Of a DNA stretch of 48,567 nucleotides, positions 17,525-25,800 are shown piece after piece. The notes under the pieces were generated by a model. That model did no database searches. It was not told where the DNA came from and saw only the letters and a list, made by a program, of their open reading frames with translations. Both the position numbers and the translations under genes were made by a program. Origin of the DNA: a bacterium (GTDB lineage: Bacteria; Patescibacteriota; Minisyncoccia; Minisyncoccales; UBA10102); NCBI GenBank assembly GCA_030698665.1, contig JAUYMI010000021.1, positions 1 through 48,567 of the forward strand, given 5' to 3'. The first letter of the stretch is position 1; each line of letters opens with the position of its first letter.

Positions 17525-19318
17525 ATGGACGCTCTTAGTTTGAGGAAACGATTTTTGGAGTTTTTTGAACAACGTGGGCACACGATCGTGCCTTCTTCTT
17601 CTTTGGTTCCCGACGATCCCTCCGTGCTCTTAACGACCGCAGGCATGCAGCAGTTCAAGCCCTACTACGCAGAGCTTGATCCTGAAAAGACCATTCATCC
17701 CTCCATTGGAAAACCCGTAGGGTTGAATGTTGCCTCTTGCCAAAAGTCCTTTCGCACCTCTGACATTGATGAGGTGGGAGACGAGAGCCACCTTACGTTT
17801 TTTGAGATGCTCGGGAACTTCTCGTTCGGGGGGTACTTTAAGAAAGAAGCGATTGCGTACGCGCACGAGTTTCTCACAAAAGAGTTAGGGCTTACTATTG
17901 CTTTTGTGACGGTGTTTGAAGGAAAAGACAGTATCGGTGTCCCCAAAGACGAAGAATCTATTGCTCTATGGAAGTCATTGGACCCAAAGCTCAGAGTTGA
18001 AGAGCAGGGGATGGAAGACGTGTTCTGGGGACCTACGGGAAGCTCGGGTCCCTGCGGCCCAACCACGGAGATCTACTGCAAGAATGCGGCAGGACAGGAC
18101 ATTGAAGTATGGAACATCGTCTTTAATCAGTATTTTTATCCGGGCTCCAGGGAAGAGCTTGATGCAGGTGTCGCGGGAAAGAAGCTAGAGCTTCTCAAAA
18201 AACCCGGAGTGGATACTGGTATGGGCTTGGAGCGGCTGGCCATGGTTGCCCAGAAGACAGACTCCGTTTTTGAAACAGATTTATTTCCTCCTGGAATTGT
18301 TCTTATCCCTCAAGATATAGAAGATCGAATAAAACGAATCATTGCAGATCATGCGAGAGCCACAGTGTTTCTTTTGGCAGATGGAGTCCGTCCTTCTAAT
18401 AAAGAAGCAGGATATGTACTAAGGAGGGTCGTGCGCCGTATGCTGGTGTACCAGTTTCTCTATCCTTCGCTCAGAGTTGAATCCTTCCTAAAAGAAGTGC
18501 AAGAGTTATTCGGAAAATTCTATCCGGAAGTAAAGAATACAGAAATCATTTTTGAGTTTAAGAAAGAGGAAGAGAAGTTCCAAGGTACTCTCGAGAGGGG
18601 ATTAAAGGAGTTGCAGCGCCAAGATGTTATTGATGCCGCAGCCGCCTTTCGATTATATGAGAGTTTTGGTTTGCCTTATGAAATCATAAAAGAGTTCGGC
18701 AAGGAAAGGGCGAGGGAACTCATGCGAGAGGATTTTGAAAAAGAATTTGAGAAGCATCAGGAGATTTCAAGAGCTGGGAAAGAGGGGAAATTCGGTGGCC
18801 ATGGACTCATCCTTGATACGGGAGAGTTGAAGGCGGCGAATGAGGAAGAGCTGCAAGTGGTCACGCGTTTGCATACGGCAACCCATTTACTGCAGGCGGC
18901 TCTGCGCAAGGTTCTGGGGGAGGGCGTTCATCAGGCAGGGAGTGATATCACTCCAGAACGTACCCGTTTTGACTTTACGTTTGACCGAAAGCTGACGGAT
19001 GAAGAGGTGCGGCAAGTAGAGTTGTCGGTGAACGAAGCAATCAAGCAGAATCTTGATATGGGATATAAAGAGATACCCTTTCACAAAGCAGTTGCTCTGG
19101 GAGCTTTATATTCTCCCCGGGAGAAATATCCCGACGTAGTTAAAGTATATTCCGCGCAGAATCCCGAGACAGGAGAAGCATTCTCGCGCGAACTATGCGG
19201 AGGACCGCACGTTGAACATACGCTAAGCATCGGGAAGTTTCACATTCTCAAGCAGGAATCGGTGGGAGCTGGGGTGAGAAGAATCAGAGCTCGGGTTGAA
19301 GAAGCGCCAGCGACTTAG
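17525..19318 (+). CDS. alaS: Alanine--tRNA ligase (compact, lacks C-Ala domain)
   Basis: TTAGMQQFKP, HLTFFEMLGNFSFG, DTGMGLER, editing motifs HTATH and ELCGGPH. Confidence 0.96.
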   Translation: MDALSLRKRFLEFFEQRGHTIVPSSSLVPDDPSVLLTTAGMQQFKPYYAELDPEKTIHPSIGKPVGLNVASCQKSFRTSDIDEVGDESHLTFFEMLGNFSFGGYFKKEAIAYAHEFLTKELGLTIAFVTVFEGKDSIGVPKDEESIALWKSLDPKLRVEEQGMEDVFWGPTGSSGPCGPTTEIYCKNAAGQDIEVWNIVFNQYFYPGSREELDAGVAGKKLELLKKPGVDTGMGLERLAMVAQKTDSVFETDLFPPGIVLIPQDIEDRIKRIIADHARATVFLLADGVRPSNKEAGYVLRRVVRRMLVYQFLYPSLRVESFLKEVQELFGKFYPEVKNTEIIFEFKKEEEKFQGTLERGLKELQRQDVIDAAAAFRLYESFGLPYEIIKEFGKERARELMREDFEKEFEKHQEISRAGKEGKFGGHGLILDTGELKAANEEELQVVTRLHTATHLLQAALRKVLGEGVHQAGSDITPERTRFDFTFDRKLTDEEVRQVELSVNEAIKQNLDMGYKEIPFHKAVALGALYSPREKYPDVVKVYSAQNPETGEAFSRELCGGPHVEHTLSIGKFHILKQESVGAGVRRIRARVEEAPAT

Positions 19319-19330
19319 TACAATATCACT

Positions 19331-20581
19331 ATGGCAAAAGAAATGAAGGTTGTGGACGTCAGGGCTCCCGGTGCGCGGGACGCGCGTCCCGCTGAGAGAG
19401 CGCCAGAGAAGGCTCAAAGAAAGACGCCCCGTCAGCCGATGAGTTTTCGCTTTCCCTTGTGGGCTTATGCCCTCGGGCTTCTCCTGATCGCGGGCGTTGC
19501 ATCCATGGGAGTCATCAACGTGTTTTTTGCCTCAGCGTACGCCGTCATTCATCCTCAGGTGCGCCAGCTTTCAACGGAGGTACAGATCTCAACCTCCGCG
19601 GGAATAGATAAGGTGTCGCTTGAAAATCTTTCCATTCCCTCTCGTCTCTTCATCAAGGAGGTCCAGGCAACGCGTCTCTTTCTGGCAACCGGAAGTACGG
19701 TTGGAGAAGATAGAGCAAAGGGCGTGATTCGCGTGTTTAACGAACGGACCTCTCCTCAGACGCTGGTGGCAAATACGAGATTCCTTTCAGAGAACGGGAA
19801 GCTCTTTAGGAGTTCGGGGCGCGTGGTGGTACCATCGGCAAGCACCAAAGACGGAAATGTGGTGCCAGGTACCCTGGACGTGAATGTGGAAGCGGCTGAG
19901 GCGGGACCCGAGTACAACATCGGAGCTTCCAGTTTCTCCCTTCCGGGGTTAGCTGGTTCTTCTCTCTATACTCTTGTGTACGGAAGATCCTTTGATCCCA
20001 TGAGTGAAGGATTCAAGGGAGAGACGCAGGTGGTGAAAGACACCGATATTCTCAAGGCCAAGGAGCAGCTGATAGCTCAGCTTGTTGACCAGGCAAAGAG
20101 CAAGATCGCGGAAGATCTCCCCCCATTCTTCCTTTTGCCTGAAAACGCATACGTGAGTGAGATCGTCAAAGCAGAGTCCCAGGCTATAGCCGGCACTCCC
20201 GTGAGCGAGTTTAACTATGCCGCAACGGTGCGGCTTTCGGCTCTTGCGTACGACAGTGGCGACATGGAAGAGATCGCGCTTTCCCTTCTTAATCTCCAGG
20301 TGGGAGATGAGGAGCGGCTCAATGAGAATAAGGTTTCAGCTGAAGCGAGCCTGGAAGACGCGTCGCTCTTGAGGGTTTCACTCAAAGGCGAGGTGTATAA
20401 GAATCTTAATACCTCCAGCATTGCCTCTCAGCTTCTGGGGAAGACCGAGCGGGAGGCCGCTACCTCGTTGGGCTCCTCAAATCCGGGGATTACCGAGATG
20501 AGCATATCTTTCTGGCCCTTCTGGGTCCAGCGGGTTCCCAAAGACCCCAATCGGGTCCAAGTTACCCTCCGGCTTGACTGA
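19331..20581 (+). CDS. Membrane-anchored protein with baseplate J/gp47-like domain
   Basis: Single N-terminal TM helix; AKGVIRVFN...TRF...V.VEAAEAGPEYNI pattern recalled from baseplate-J-like CPR proteins. Confidence 0.6.
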   Translation: MAKEMKVVDVRAPGARDARPAERAPEKAQRKTPRQPMSFRFPLWAYALGLLLIAGVASMGVINVFFASAYAVIHPQVRQLSTEVQISTSAGIDKVSLENLSIPSRLFIKEVQATRLFLATGSTVGEDRAKGVIRVFNERTSPQTLVANTRFLSENGKLFRSSGRVVVPSASTKDGNVVPGTLDVNVEAAEAGPEYNIGASSFSLPGLAGSSLYTLVYGRSFDPMSEGFKGETQVVKDTDILKAKEQLIAQLVDQAKSKIAEDLPPFFLLPENAYVSEIVKAESQAIAGTPVSEFNYAATVRLSALAYDSGDMEEIALSLLNLQVGDEERLNENKVSAEASLEDASLLRVSLKGEVYKNLNTSSIASQLLGKTEREAATSLGSSNPGITEMSISFWPFWVQRVPKDPNRVQVTLRLD

Positions 20582-20602
20582 CGAGAAGATTCTTGGTATA
20601 TT
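20574..20602 (+). promoter_or_regulatory. Promoter for infA-rpmJ-alpha operon
   Basis: TTGACT-17 bp-TATATT with extended -10 TG. Confidence 0.65.
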
Positions 20603-20615
20603 TGATTGGTACTAA

Positions 20616-20837
20616 ATGACAAGCCAAGAGAAACTCGTTCGGATCGGAGAGGTATTGGAATCCCTGCCAAGTCTGCAGTTTCGCATTCGTCTTGTAGAAG
20701 ACGGGCACGAGATTCTTGGGTACCTCGGGGGAAAGATGCGTTTGCACCGCATTCGCATTCTTCCTGGAGACACCGTGAGGGTGGAGCTCAATTCTGACAA
20801 GGACGATCGGGGAAGAATCGTATACAGAGAAAAATGA
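20616..20837 (+). CDS. infA: Translation initiation factor IF-1
   Basis: [30 protein letters not shown]. Confidence 0.96.
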   Translation: MTSQEKLVRIGEVLESLPSLQFRIRLVEDGHEILGYLGGKMRLHRIRILPGDTVRVELNSDKDDRGRIVYREK

Positions 20838-20947
20838 AGGTCAGATCTTCGGTAAAAAAGATATGCAAGGACTGCAAGATCGTGAAGAGAAAAGGAACAA
20901 TGCGGATCATTTGCACAAACCCCAAGCATAAGCAAAGGCAAGGATAG
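20834..20947 (+). CDS. rpmJ: 50S ribosomal protein L36 (not in ORF track)
   Basis: Manual translation [37 protein letters not shown]. Confidence 0.97.
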   Translation: MKVRSSVKKICKDCKIVKRKGTMRIICTNPKHKQRQG

Positions 20948-20955
20948 TTTTTTGT

Positions 20956-21345
20956 ATGCCCCGATTATTTGGAGTAACAATTTCAGATGACAAGCCCGTA
21001 AGCATTGCTCTTACCGCGGTGTACGGGATCGGCCGGGCCTCCGTCTCAGTGATTTTAAAGGAGGCAAAGGTGGATCCTTCAAAGCGCGCCGGTAAGCTGA
21101 CCCCAGAAGAGCTTGCCGCTATCAGGGAGATCATGGAGAAGAAGTATGAGACCGAGGGAGACCTAAGGCGTAAGATCATGATGAACGTCAGGCGCCTCAA
21201 GAACATCGGTTCGTGGCGGGGTCATCGTCACACAAAAGGACTTCCCGTTCGTGGTCAGCAGACCCGCACCAACTCCAGAACCGTGAGGGGAAATGTGAGG
21301 AAAACCGTGGGTTCCGGCAGAAAGCCAACCTCCTCACCGACATAA
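20956..21345 (+). CDS. rpsM: 30S ribosomal protein S13
   Basis: ALTAVYGIG, EGDLRR, GLPVRGQQTRTNSRT. Confidence 0.98.
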   Translation: MPRLFGVTISDDKPVSIALTAVYGIGRASVSVILKEAKVDPSKRAGKLTPEELAAIREIMEKKYETEGDLRRKIMMNVRRLKNIGSWRGHRHTKGLPVRGQQTRTNSRTVRGNVRKTVGSGRKPTSSPT

Positions 21346-21351
21346 TGAACC

Positions 21352-21786
21352 ATGGGAAAGAAACGAATTATTGAAAAAGCGGAAACGGGAGCAGTTGAGG
21401 GAGAGAAAACTCCTCAGGCTCGCTCCGTCAAGAAGGTAAGGATGAGCGAGGGAAGAATCTACATTCACTCTTCCTACAACAACACGATCATCAGCCTGGC
21501 TGACGAGAAGGGAAATGTTCTGTTTACCATGTCTTCGGGTCGCGCGGGTTTCAAGGGAACGAAGAAGTCCACTCCTTTTGCCGCTTCCAAGGTTGCGGAA
21601 GCCGTAGCTGACATGGCCCGTTCGCGCGGGATGGAGCGCGTGAAGGTTTTTGTGAAAGGTATTGGATCTGGGCGGGACTCTGCGATCAGGACCTTAGGGA
21701 CCAAGGGGCTGGAGTTCACCGCCATTGAGGACGTAACCCCGATTCCTCACAACGGTCCGCGTGCCAGAAAGCTGAGAAGAGTATAA
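21352..21786 (+). CDS. rpsK: 30S ribosomal protein S11
   Basis: SYNNTII, GFKGTKKSTPFAA, DVTPIPHNG. Confidence 0.98.
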   Translation: MGKKRIIEKAETGAVEGEKTPQARSVKKVRMSEGRIYIHSSYNNTIISLADEKGNVLFTMSSGRAGFKGTKKSTPFAASKVAEAVADMARSRGMERVKVFVKGIGSGRDSAIRTLGTKGLEFTAIEDVTPIPHNGPRARKLRRV

Positions 21787-21796
21787 ACATAAAAGT

Positions 21797-22315
21797 ATGC
21801 AGAAAGGAGTATTACGAAAACGAAATCCGCGGCCGTTGTCCGAGTATGGAAGACAGCTTGCGGAAAAGCAGTCGCTCAAATTCCAGTACAACCTGAGGGA
21901 GCGTCAGTTTGCCAGGTACGTGGCAGAAGCTCTTTCCAAGAGCGGGAATTCTCCCGAGATTTTCATGCAGAAGCTGGAGACGAGGTTGGACAACGCGGTT
22001 TTTCGCATGGGACTGGCTCAGAGCAGGCCTCAGGCGCGCCAGCTGGTTTCCCATGGTCACCTCACGCTTAACAAGCGCCCAATGGACGTGCCTTCTCATC
22101 AAGTGAAGATTGGAGACGTCATTGCCGTACATCCTTCTTCTCTCGCCTTAACATACATAGCGAATATCAAACCAGGACTTAAGAAGTACGACGCTCCTTC
22201 CTGGCTCCAGCTTGACAAGGAAGCTTTGTCAGCGGAGGTCGTCTCGCTTCCGACCCTGGAGGAGGCCTCTCCGTCAGTTGAGATCTCCCTTGTCTTTGAG
22301 TTCTATTCAAGGTAA
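21797..22315 (+). CDS. rpsD: 30S ribosomal protein S4 (N-terminally shortened)
   Basis: SEYGRQLAEKQ, LETRLDNAVFRMG, ARQLVSHGH, EFYSR. Confidence 0.96.
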   Translation: MQKGVLRKRNPRPLSEYGRQLAEKQSLKFQYNLRERQFARYVAEALSKSGNSPEIFMQKLETRLDNAVFRMGLAQSRPQARQLVSHGHLTLNKRPMDVPSHQVKIGDVIAVHPSSLALTYIANIKPGLKKYDAPSWLQLDKEALSAEVVSLPTLEEASPSVEISLVFEFYSR

Positions 22316-22333
22316 TACATACACACCAACAAT

Positions 22334-23116
22334 ATGATTCCACTTTCCAAACCAGCAAAGCTCATCTCGAGCGCAAAGAACGTCGGAACGTTTGAGATTG
22401 ATGGCTTGTACCCCGGATACGGGCACACGGTGGCCAACAGCCTGAGAAGGGTGCTCCTTTCTTCCCTTGAGGGCGCAGCCATTACCCAGGTCAAGATCAA
22501 GGGCGCGAGTCATGAGTTCTCCACTCTGCCCGGCATCAGAGAGGATGTTGTAACCATTCTGCTCAATCTCAAGCAGTTGAGATTCAAGGTGTTCTCCGAT
22601 GAGCCGCAGACGGCAACTCTGAAAATGAAGGGGGAGAGAATCGTGAAGAGCAAGGACTTTGATCTTTCTTCTCAGGTGGAACTCATGAACGGGGATCAGG
22701 AGATTTGTACTATCACGGACAAGAAGGCCGAGCTCAATGTGGAGGTACAGATTGAGAAGGGGATCGGGTATGAGGCCTCAGAGGACCGCAAGCTTGCCAA
22801 GCGGGAGGCCGGCGTGATCTCTTTGGATGCCATCTACACCCCGGTCCAGCGGGTTGCTTTCAAGGTGGAGAACGCGCGCGTCGGAGACCGAACGGACTTC
22901 AACAAGGTGAGCCTTGAAATTGAGACTGACGGTACGCTGTCTCCGGAAGCGGCGCTGGAACAGGCCTGCGACATCCTTGTGAAAGAGTTTTCCCAGATTA
23001 AAGAAGGCGTGGAGGGAGCGTCTCAGGTAGTTGAGAAAAAGGCTCCCGTGAAGAAGAAGGCGACAGCAGCAAAAAAGAAGGCACCTGCCAAGAAGGTTTC
23101 CTCAAAGAAGAAATGA
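22334..23116 (+). CDS. rpoA: RNA polymerase subunit alpha (NTD only, Lys/Ala-rich tail)
   Basis: GYGHTVANSLRRVLLSSLEG, HEFSTLPG, DAIYTPV, IETDGT. Confidence 0.96.
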   Translation: MIPLSKPAKLISSAKNVGTFEIDGLYPGYGHTVANSLRRVLLSSLEGAAITQVKIKGASHEFSTLPGIREDVVTILLNLKQLRFKVFSDEPQTATLKMKGERIVKSKDFDLSSQVELMNGDQEICTITDKKAELNVEVQIEKGIGYEASEDRKLAKREAGVISLDAIYTPVQRVAFKVENARVGDRTDFNKVSLEIETDGTLSPEAALEQACDILVKEFSQIKEGVEGASQVVEKKAPVKKKATAAKKKAPAKKVSSKKK

Positions 23117-23463
23117 GAAAGAATATCCGAGCAAAGAAGTTTTCCAGGCCGAGCTCCCAGAGGGGAGCGCTTCTGCGTTCTTTAGCTCGCTCCATTGTTC
23201 TGCACGGGAAGATCACCACGACCGAGACGAAGGCCAAGGAGGCCTCCCGTGTTGTTGAAAGGATGGTGACCCGGGCCAAGAAGGGAGATCTGGCTTCCCG
23301 CCGCTACCTTTCTTCGGCTATCGGCGAGGAACAAGCATCAAAGCTTGTGGAAACCATCGCTCCCCAGTTTTCAGAGCGCAGCGGAGGGTATACGCGAGTG
23401 GTAAAGCGCGGTCCCCGCAAGTCAGACGGGGCTAGGATGGCAATCGTAGAATTCGTGAAGTAG
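23113..23463 (+). CDS. rplQ: 50S ribosomal protein L17
   Basis: ITTTETKAKE, RSGGYTRV, RKSDGARMA. Confidence 0.97.
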   Translation: MRKNIRAKKFSRPSSQRGALLRSLARSIVLHGKITTTETKAKEASRVVERMVTRAKKGDLASRRYLSSAIGEEQASKLVETIAPQFSERSGGYTRVVKRGPRKSDGARMAIVEFVK

Positions 23464-23464
23464 C

Positions 23465-23842
23465 ATGGCCGCCAAAACAGCACAACAGGGCCCAGAGAGA
23501 GAGATTCACACCCTTGATGCTACGGGACGTCCCGTCGGCCGCCTTGCGGTACTGGTAGCAGAGTTGCTGAGGGGTAAGCAGAGGCCCGGTTTTGAACGTC
23601 ATTTGGACTCGGGAGACTTTGTGCGTGTAGAGAACGTGGGGCGCATGAAACTGACGGGTAAAAAGGCAGAGCAAAAGACGTACTACCGTCACTCAGGGTA
23701 TCTGGGGGGACTCAAGGAGGCGAATGCCGGAGAGCTACTGGAGCAGCGCCCAGAAGAAGTGCTGAAAAGAGCCGTGTGGGGCATGCTTCCCAAGAACAAG
23801 CTTAGACAAGAGCAGATCAAGCGTTTAACGATGCAGGCGTAA
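23465..23842 (+). CDS. rplM: 50S ribosomal protein L13
   Basis: LDATGRPVGRLA, DSGDFV, YYRHSGYLGGLK, AVWGMLPKN. Confidence 0.97.
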   Translation: MAAKTAQQGPEREIHTLDATGRPVGRLAVLVAELLRGKQRPGFERHLDSGDFVRVENVGRMKLTGKKAEQKTYYRHSGYLGGLKEANAGELLEQRPEEVLKRAVWGMLPKNKLRQEQIKRLTMQA

Positions 23843-23843
23843 G

Positions 23844-24269
23844 ATGGCAACTGTGAGCGCAAAACGTAAAACCGAGGAGGTCTACCACGAAGGAGTTGGG
23901 GGGAGAAAGACCGCTGTGGCGAGGGTCCGCATCTGGCCGGCCAAGACGAACAGTACTGTGATTAACAGCTCTTTTTCCGTGGATGAGTACTTCCCGACGC
24001 TCAACATGCGTCAGGCTCTCAGGGAGCCCTTAGAGCGCATTGGAGACACGAATCATTTTAAGGTTTCAATTGTCGTGAGAGGAGGAGGGAAGTCGGCTCA
24101 GGCCGAGGCCGCGCGGCATGGGCTCTCCCGGGCGCTGGTTTCCTATGATAAGGAATTCAGGACTCTTCTCAAGCGATTAGGATTCCTCAAGCGGGATCCG
24201 AGAATGCGGGAGCGAAAGAAATTCGGACTCAAGCGGGCAAGACGCGCCCGCCAGTGGAGGAAGCGATAG
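23844..24269 (+). CDS. rpsI: 30S ribosomal protein S9
   Basis: GGRKTAVARV, GGGKSAQAEA, RDPRMRERKK.GLKRARR. Confidence 0.98.
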   Translation: MATVSAKRKTEEVYHEGVGGRKTAVARVRIWPAKTNSTVINSSFSVDEYFPTLNMRQALREPLERIGDTNHFKVSIVVRGGGKSAQAEAARHGLSRALVSYDKEFRTLLKRLGFLKRDPRMRERKKFGLKRARRARQWRKR

Positions 24270-24306
24270 CCTTCTATCCTTCTGCACAGCATAGTACAAT
24301 GACTCC

Positions 24307-24996
24307 ATGCGAGGCATACAACTGACAGCTCTCATTCTCGGAGGAGTTGCGGCAATCGGCACTGCCGTCTTTGGCTTTGCGGCTTTCTCTTTCCTCTATG
24401 AGCGCTTAACAGCGGAGTCAGAGGAGCGCGCGCTGTACGAACCGCTCATTCCGGAGTTAATTCCGTCTTGTGAAATTTCGGACGATACCGACTCGCAGAC
24501 GTATTCTCTCACCATACAATCTCCGAACGTTTCAGAAACCAGGGCTGATATTGAAGCACTCATTCAGCTCCAGGGAGGAGAGCTTGATTATGTATCAGAA
24601 TACACGAACTTCTTTTTTGGGACCTCACGACCCTCTACCCGCTCAGCAAGCATTTCTCTTGTGCTCCCACTGGAGGAGTCAGAGGCCTTTACCGCGAAGT
24701 TGAAAAGCATGAAACTCCCGGGATATCTCGTGTTTAAAAATGAGAGCACGCAGAATGAAACTACCACGTCGTTGCGCCAGCGATGCACTTCGCTCTCAAA
24801 CTCGCTTTCTCAGCTTCAGGCGGAAGAGAAGCTTTACCTCAGTCAGTTCAGAGAGCAGCCGACAGAAGAACTGGTTGAGAAGATAGCGGATGTCCGCAAC
24901 CAGGCTTTCTCACCAAGCGAGCAGTTGAGAGACGATCTCCTGAGATTTTTGAATAAGGCAAAGATCACCATATCAATTGAGGAGCTTCTTGGGTAG
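24307..24996 (+). CDS. Membrane-anchored hypothetical protein, DUF4349-like
   Basis: N-terminal TM helix, alpha/beta segment, coiled coil, terminal ITISIEE strand. Confidence 0.55.
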   Translation: MRGIQLTALILGGVAAIGTAVFGFAAFSFLYERLTAESEERALYEPLIPELIPSCEISDDTDSQTYSLTIQSPNVSETRADIEALIQLQGGELDYVSEYTNFFFGTSRPSTRSASISLVLPLEESEAFTAKLKSMKLPGYLVFKNESTQNETTTSLRQRCTSLSNSLSQLQAEEKLYLSQFREQPTEELVEKIADVRNQAFSPSEQLRDDLLRFLNKAKITISIEELLG

Positions 24997-25001
24997 CCGC
25001 C

Positions 25002-25700
25002 ATGAGCAATACGAAAACGTTCGTCTGGGCAGTCGTTCTGGAGCTTGCGCTTATTGCGGGAACGGTTTTTGGCTCTTGGGTATTTTGGGGTCGTCTTGGC
25101 GAACTGAAAGCGCAGCGAGCCCCTCTTGAATCTGAGATTTCCGTTGCGCTGGATCTATGCGATTTTCCCACCACTGAAGGGAGAGGCCGGTTCCTGTTCC
25201 TCTCGCTGAATTCTCCCAAGTTTGAGGAGACCAAGCTGGCACTTTTGCAGCTTGCTGCCGGAGAGGGGAGAGAAGTTACTACGTCAAACGAATATGAGGT
25301 GCCGTCGTTTTCGGAGTTTTCGGGGGAGAGAGTGGCAACGAAACTGGCGTTTAACCTGTCGTTTTCAGCTCCTTTGGAAGACGCCGAACAACTTTTAGCA
25401 GAACTTAGGGATCTTCCTCCGGCATCTTTGGAGTTTGGGAACGAGTCGATGAATACCCAATCCCTGCGCTCAGTGGCCAGAGCATGCGAACAGGCGTTAT
25501 ATCTTTCACGTACCCTTCGGCTCACCGAGCAGTTTTACCTGCGCCAACTCGCAGAAAAGAGAGGATATGATGAAGCGCTGGTCAAGAAAGTGAACCAGGC
25601 GCGGAATACTGCTTCTCAGGTGCAGGAAAGCATAGCTTACCTTTATAATTATACGGCCGACAGAATCTCAGTTACCATTGCGCTTGAAGAGAAGCTTTAG
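25002..25700 (+). CDS. Membrane-anchored hypothetical protein, paralog of upstream gene (DUF4349-like)
   Basis: Same layout; shared FxNES, SLR..C, YL.Q, LV.K, I.V.I..EE motifs. Confidence 0.55.
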   Translation: MSNTKTFVWAVVLELALIAGTVFGSWVFWGRLGELKAQRAPLESEISVALDLCDFPTTEGRGRFLFLSLNSPKFEETKLALLQLAAGEGREVTTSNEYEVPSFSEFSGERVATKLAFNLSFSAPLEDAEQLLAELRDLPPASLEFGNESMNTQSLRSVARACEQALYLSRTLRLTEQFYLRQLAEKRGYDEALVKKVNQARNTASQVQESIAYLYNYTADRISVTIALEEKL

Positions 25701-25725
25701 ATTTTGAACGGTATTGAAAATGGGG

Positions 25726-25759
25726 AGCCCCGGACACACGAATGTGCCGGGGCTTTCTT
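25726..25759 (+). terminator. Intrinsic terminator between convergent genes
   Basis: AGCCCCGG-a-CACA-cgaa-TGTG-CCGGGGCT followed by TTCTT. Confidence 0.7.
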
Positions 25760-25800
25760 GTGTAGGTAACTAAATCTCGTTTAGGCAGTATGAGTTCCTG

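Noticed and set aside
19331-20581. Prophage or contractile injection system
   Set aside because: Only one baseplate-like gene is present, with no integrase, capsid, sheath, tube or terminase in the window
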